NCBI GenBank assembly: GCA_964634875.1
Contig: CAZWKA010000001.1
Span: forward strand, 37,600 to 101,599
Source: an uncultured Gammaproteobacteria bacterium
GTDB lineage: Bacteria; Patescibacteriota; Patescibacteriia; Magasanikbacterales; GWA2-37-8
Direction: 5' to 3'
DNA length: 64,000 bases
The notes beneath the pieces are model-generated. The model was not told the DNA's origin and did no database searches. It was given only the letters and a program-made list of their open reading frames with translations. Every line of letters starts with the position of its first letter. Position 1 is the stretch's first letter. Of the stretch, positions 57,215-64,000 are shown piece by piece. Both the position numbers and the translations under genes were made by a program.

Positions 57215-59857
57215 TTATGATTTTTTCTCCTTATTTGGCTTGGCGCGACGAAATTTATCAAATAGAGCAGTCCTCGTTACCGTATTTGGCTCGCGCGTCT
57301 GTACAGCAGGAGGTTTAGGTTCGTGCTTGGGAGCGTGCTCAAGTTCCTGAAAGGCAGCGAACAGCATGCCTATCGAGATGCCTATTGTAGCTCCGTTCAA
57401 GGCTACGGAATATTTATTTTTTAAAAGACCCTGTACGGTGGGACGAGTGATGACAGTGTCCAATTTTCCGTCTTCCACCCTTAGGCGGCAGTTTTCCTGA
57501 AGGAAGTTTGGTCCATTGCCTAGTAGCGTGAGGGAACCAGCCTGCATAGCAAGCAAAAGAGAAGACGTGACGATGGCGTCTTCGATCGCAGGATTGTTCT
57601 TGAGTACATCTTTGCCGTAGAGCTCGATCGCCAGGTCGGAGAGAACTTTTTGGCCGTATAAGAAAGCGGCTACATTGTCCGCATATGCTGAAATTGCGGC
57701 TTCACTTGTAAACACGGCTGTAGCTGCGGCAATCATTTTCGATAATCGGGTGGGCAGTGCATCTTTGGTGGTTTCAAGTGCCTTAAGCAGGCTCCATTTT
57801 ACGGTTTCAGCCATGGGTTCGACACAGGGCATCTGACTGCCGAGCGCATAGGCGACTTCTTGTGCCGCTGGGCTGAGGAAGTGTTTCTCCGTTTCTTTGC
57901 GCTCAGATCCTTCCGCCCGCTCTTTCAACGTAAGAAATTTTTCGACCGCCATTTTGAGGTGCGGTTCCGATATTTCGCCGATCTGCGCGAGCGTTGCTGT
58001 TAATGTATGAGGCTGTTCGTGCAAAATCCTTTTTTCAATTAAAAGTTGTAAAATTTCTTCCTCAAGCTTTTTTAGTTCGTCGCTACGCTGCGGTTCATTT
58101 TTTTCCTGCAGCGCGCGTTCTGCTGGGCTAAGGACGAATGGCATGCTGCTGCGCAAATCCTGCACCTGCCGGGTAATTCGATCAATCGTTCCTTGGTGAT
58201 CTTTCGAAGACGTATCTGATTCGTCTTCAGCTGCCGCTGTCACCTGGGTGCGAGCAATATCCTGTTGGAGCGAAAGAAGTTCTTGGGAAATTTCACCACT
58301 CGACATTTCGAGGTGTAATTTCATGAGGCGCGCCAAAGATCCTGCATCTCCAGTTTGCGAGGCGGCAGCGATGATTTCTGGTGTAATGGCCTCGGGAAGT
58401 TTTTGTCCCAACAAAGGGGAAACTAATTTTTGAAAGCCGATATTTTCTATGTTGCGTAAGCCATCGAGTTTGCTGTCGATCCATGCTCCGATCGAAACTT
58501 CTATTCCCGGTCTTTTGAGGCGTCCAAGTGCCTCCCCGACTTTGGCAAAGCCGTCCTCATTTTTGCCCATGTCTTTCAGGGCTCCCACCAGTTCTTTGAA
58601 GGAAGATGTGTCGACCTCGCCCGTGGTAATTCCGCGAAGTGCCTGAAGCGTTTTCTTTTCCGCTTCTAAAAATTTGCCACCAAAATCGATGGGGGAGACT
58701 GTAGTAGTCCCGCTAATTGATTTGTCACCGATACCTGCTTCGTTTAACCAGCTGGCGGCTATGGTGTGCGATGCTAGTTGGCTATTGATAATTCCAGCAG
58801 CTTCAATCTGAGCCAGGCGCTTGGGATTGTTCAGGTTTTGGGCGTAGGCAACGATTTTTGGTGGATCACCAACCAGGCTAGACCCCTGAGTATTGCATGA
58901 AAGGGTAACTACCATTTGTTCGAAGTTCTCCATGAGCTTGTTGGCGCGCTCCACGCTATTTCGTTGCATTCGCTCATCATCGCGTTCCTGGCCACAGGCG
59001 GTCAGGGCGTGCCGAGCATAGGACTGTTCGAACAAGAGAGAGAGGACACTTTTCTTTTTTTCATTAAAAGCATTCTTAAGCTGGTCCGCCGCACCAGAAG
59101 AAACGTAGGTCGTTAAAAAGGGGGCCAACACTTCGGTCAAACCCAAAAGCTGAGCCGTTTGTTCTACGAGCTGTTCATTTACTTTTTCTAAATGTTCAGC
59201 CCATTCTCGTTTGTATTCAGTCGCTTCCCGGGCATCGAGACCCCGCTGTGGTCGGGCGGGTAAAAGCCCGCGTTCACTCTGGGCTGCTCCGACTTCGGCC
59301 GCCTGGCCAAAGATGCTGTCGGCGTTGATTTTTATCGCTTGGCTGGCAAAGTCGGCCGCAACGACGAGTGGAATGGTTATGGCGTAACCTTCGAGCAGTG
59401 CATGCTCCTCGTGTTTGGCCAGTTCCTGGCCTTCTTTACCGCCGCCCCATTTGAGGGCTTCGCGCCGTGCTGCATTCACCAGATTAAGTTCAATGATTGA
59501 AGCAGGGCCAAAGGAAGCGGAGCCTTCCTTGCATTTTTTTACCCATCTAAAAAACATCGCGGTGCTGGCGGCTGCGGTGCTGATATTGATGCCTTCAAAA
59601 AGGCTGTTATTACTTTCCTTAGAATCTTTTTTAGATTCGTGGTTGAAAGGGTTTAAAAGCTGCTCAGCTTTGCGTGCTGCCAGAGCTGTTGCGCCTGCTC
59701 CGGCCATTTTTAATACATCCCGTCGGCTGATGCCATGCCCATGTTCTTGAGTAGGGGGGTGGTCGCCATCATGCTTTTCTTCCGGGGTATGTACTTTCTT
59801 GTTTTTGCCTTCTTTTAAAAAAGTACCGATACTCTCCCTGAGGCCGGATAGGCGCAT
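57215..59857 (-). CDS. Large hypothetical protein with IT-transporter-like motifs and twin-arginine-like motif
   Basis: SRRDVLK near N-terminus; SLVGDPP, SAYADNVAAF, AGSLTLLGNGPNF. Confidence 0.55.
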   Translation of the reverse strand: MRLSGLRESIGTFLKEGKNKKVHTPEEKHDGDHPPTQEHGHGISRRDVLKMAGAGATALAARKAEQLLNPFNHESKKDSKESNNSLFEGINISTAAASTAMFFRWVKKCKEGSASFGPASIIELNLVNAARREALKWGGGKEGQELAKHEEHALLEGYAITIPLVVAADFASQAIKINADSIFGQAAEVGAAQSERGLLPARPQRGLDAREATEYKREWAEHLEKVNEQLVEQTAQLLGLTEVLAPFLTTYVSSGAADQLKNAFNEKKKSVLSLLFEQSYARHALTACGQERDDERMQRNSVERANKLMENFEQMVVTLSCNTQGSSLVGDPPKIVAYAQNLNNPKRLAQIEAAGIINSQLASHTIAASWLNEAGIGDKSISGTTTVSPIDFGGKFLEAEKKTLQALRGITTGEVDTSSFKELVGALKDMGKNEDGFAKVGEALGRLKRPGIEVSIGAWIDSKLDGLRNIENIGFQKLVSPLLGQKLPEAITPEIIAAASQTGDAGSLARLMKLHLEMSSGEISQELLSLQQDIARTQVTAAAEDESDTSSKDHQGTIDRITRQVQDLRSSMPFVLSPAERALQEKNEPQRSDELKKLEEEILQLLIEKRILHEQPHTLTATLAQIGEISEPHLKMAVEKFLTLKERAEGSERKETEKHFLSPAAQEVAYALGSQMPCVEPMAETVKWSLLKALETTKDALPTRLSKMIAAATAVFTSEAAISAYADNVAAFLYGQKVLSDLAIELYGKDVLKNNPAIEDAIVTSSLLLAMQAGSLTLLGNGPNFLQENCRLRVEDGKLDTVITRPTVQGLLKNKYSVALNGATIGISIGMLFAAFQELEHAPKHEPKPPAVQTREPNTVTRTALFDKFRRAKPNKEKKS

Positions 59858-59882
59858 AGGATTGCTATTAATCCTTAAGGGG

Positions 59883-60320
59883 TTATTTTTTTTCTTCGTT
59901 TTTTTGTCCGCTGACTACCTCTATCATTTTGGAGAGCGCCTCGCCATGTTCTTCGAGGTACGTTATCTGAAACGGATTGAGATCTGTTGTGTTAGACAGT
60001 TTCTCGAGGATAAATTGCTGATATTCGCGGATGGTCTTTAGGTCAGCGTGGCTGACCAGGTCGCAGCCAGCTACCAGTACAGTAGTGTGGTTTTTTATCC
60101 CGTCCACGATCACGAGGCCGTTGCGCATGAGGTATTCTTCTTCGGAGTTTAGCGTCCGGACCAGTGTATTTGAAAAAGAAATAGTTCCCATCAGGCTGGC
60201 GTGCTGGGGCAAGATTTCGAGGTCGCCCGTTTCATTGGTGAGTTTGAGTGACACAACTTCCCCGTCGTAAGAGACGTGTTCAGGTGTTTGGATAGTAAGG
60301 TGGAAGGTGGTTTCAGCCAT
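59883..60320 (-). CDS. atpC: F1F0 ATP synthase epsilon subunit
   Basis: IQTPE...GDLEILPQHASL; follows atpD. Confidence 0.88.
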   Translation of the reverse strand: MAETTFHLTIQTPEHVSYDGEVVSLKLTNETGDLEILPQHASLMGTISFSNTLVRTLNSEEEYLMRNGLVIVDGIKNHTTVLVAGCDLVSHADLKTIREYQQFILEKLSNTTDLNPFQITYLEEHGEALSKMIEVVSGQKNEEKK

Positions 60321-60322
60321 AG

Positions 60323-62651
<2,329 letters not shown>

Positions 62652-62654
62652 ACG

Positions 62655-64000
62655 TTATTTTTTAAAGAAATCAGTTGCCGCGGCTGCTAATTCGCTTTCA
62701 ACTTCGGGAGTTAGGGTTTTACCGGTTTCGATCGTCGTAACCAGTTGTGGTTTAAATGATTCTACGTGTTCCAAGAATTGGATTAATTTGTCGGCTACCG
62801 CTGCTGTTGGAGTTTCGTCAACATACCCTTTGAGCGTAGCGTAGAGCACGGCACATTCCTGCCACAGCGGTCGAGGACGGTTTTGTTTTTGTTTGAGGGC
62901 TTCGATAAGACGTTCGCCGCGGGTCAGTTGCTTTTTGGAAGAAGCATCAAGTTCGCTAGCAAACTGGGCAAAAGCAGCGAGTTCGTAATATTGTGCCAGG
63001 TCAAGCTTGGCGCTGCCAGACAATTTTTTCATGATGTGAGTTTGGGCGGCCGAACCAACGCGTGATACCGAAATACCAACGTTAATAGCCGGACGGATGC
63101 CGCGGTAGAAAAGACCGGGTTCAAGGAAGATCTGACCATCGGTAATGGAAATAACGTTGGTTGGAATATAGGCAGAAACGTCACCAGCCTGCGTTTCAAT
63201 AATAGGCAGAGCCGTGATAGAACCGCCGCCATGTTCGGGATTAAGTTTTACAGCGCGTTCGAGCAAGCGAGAGTGAATATAAAACACGTCACCAGGGTAC
63301 GCTTCGCGACCTGGGGGTTTGCGCAGCAAGAGTGATACTTCACGGTAAGCGATGGCATGCTTTGATAAATCATCGTAGACAACCAGCACATCTTTTCCTT
63401 GTGCTAGGAAAAATTCGGCAATTGCTGCTCCGGCATACGGCGCAAGAAACTGCACAATGGCTGGGTCTCCGGCCGAAGCGGAAACCACGACCGTGTACTG
63501 CATCGCTCCAGTATCGGTGAGTGTTTTGATGACTTGAGCGGTTTTAGAGTCGCGTTGGCCGACAGCAACGTACACACAGATCATGTTTTGGCCTTTCTGA
63601 TTGATGATGGTATCAAGGGCAATGGCAGTTTTACCGGTCTGACGGTCGCCGATAATAAGTTCACGTTGTCCGCGACCAATAGGAATGAGGGAATCGATTG
63701 CCAGGATACCGGTTTGAACCGGTTGTGAAACGGACTCGCGAGCCATAACACCGGCGGCTACGCGTTCAAGTGGCATTAAGACAGTTTTCTGAAGTGGGGG
63801 CTGTTCGTCGAGGGGCTTTCCGAGCGGACTAACAACGCGGCCGATAATCTGGTCGCTGACCGGGATAGCAAGGGATTTTCCGGTGCGGACGGCTGCAAAC
63901 CCGGTGCGGAGCTCGATAGAAGGATCAAGGCTAACGGCGATATTGATATCACGGCCGACCTGGAGCACCACCGCTTCAGTACCGGTTTCTTCGATAGTAA
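62655..64000 (-). CDS. atpA: F1F0 ATP synthase alpha subunit (5' end outside window)
   Basis: GRGQRELIIGDRQTGKT, PPGREAYPGDVFY, PAINVGISVSRVG. Confidence 0.97.
   Translation of the reverse strand, partial: TIEETGTEAVVLQVGRDINIAVSLDPSIELRTGFAAVRTGKSLAIPVSDQIIGRVVSPLGKPLDEQPPLQKTVLMPLERVAAGVMARESVSQPVQTGILAIDSLIPIGRGQRELIIGDRQTGKTAIALDTIINQKGQNMICVYVAVGQRDSKTAQVIKTLTDTGAMQYTVVVSASAGDPAIVQFLAPYAGAAIAEFFLAQGKDVLVVYDDLSKHAIAYREVSLLLRKPPGREAYPGDVFYIHSRLLERAVKLNPEHGGGSITALPIIETQAGDVSAYIPTNVISITDGQIFLEPGLFYRGIRPAINVGISVSRVGSAAQTHIMKKLSGSAKLDLAQYYELAAFAQFASELDASSKKQLTRGERLIEALKQKQNRPRPLWQECAVLYATLKGYVDETPTAAVADKLIQFLEHVESFKPQLVTTIETGKTLTPEVESELAAAATDFFKK

Overview
Bacterial chromosomal window with features typical of Patescibacteria/CPR (inferred from gene content, AT-rich start regions and short intergenic motifs, not proven). 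The housekeeping backbone comprises ileS (type 2) with a T-box leader, ruvA, gatB, a dcd-kinase-dut-thyA-folA-tmk dTTP operon, rplA, ribE/ribH, msrB, a DrrAB-like ABC exporter, a stress/detox cluster (VOC, DoxX, SRPBCC, ArsR, AlkD-like) and atpA(partial)-G-D-C. Nearly all backbone genes lack a Shine-Dalgarno (SD) motif. Scattered among them is a second class of about 16 visibly GC-richer genes, mostly ORFans, lipoproteins, a porin-like beta-barrel and a transporter. These have SD motifs, and many also have sigma70-type promoters, boxA-like elements, long 5'/3' hairpins and C-rich trailers. The clearest case is 17.6-20.4 kb: one transcript in which four lipoprotein genes plus one empty unit each follow a boxA-like motif and are enclosed by their own paired RNA stem (G-U pairs on the sense strand, covariation between units), an rRNA-operon-like processing layout applied to mRNAs. 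This is the best candidate for an undescribed system, possibly processed mRNA cargo meant for another cell's ribosomes (hypothesis). Other notable items are an actinobacterial-type ultrashort-stem-I Ile T-box and an unassigned riboswitch-like leader before an ATP-grasp/MurL-like gene pair. No rRNA, tRNA, CRISPR array or transposase was recognised.
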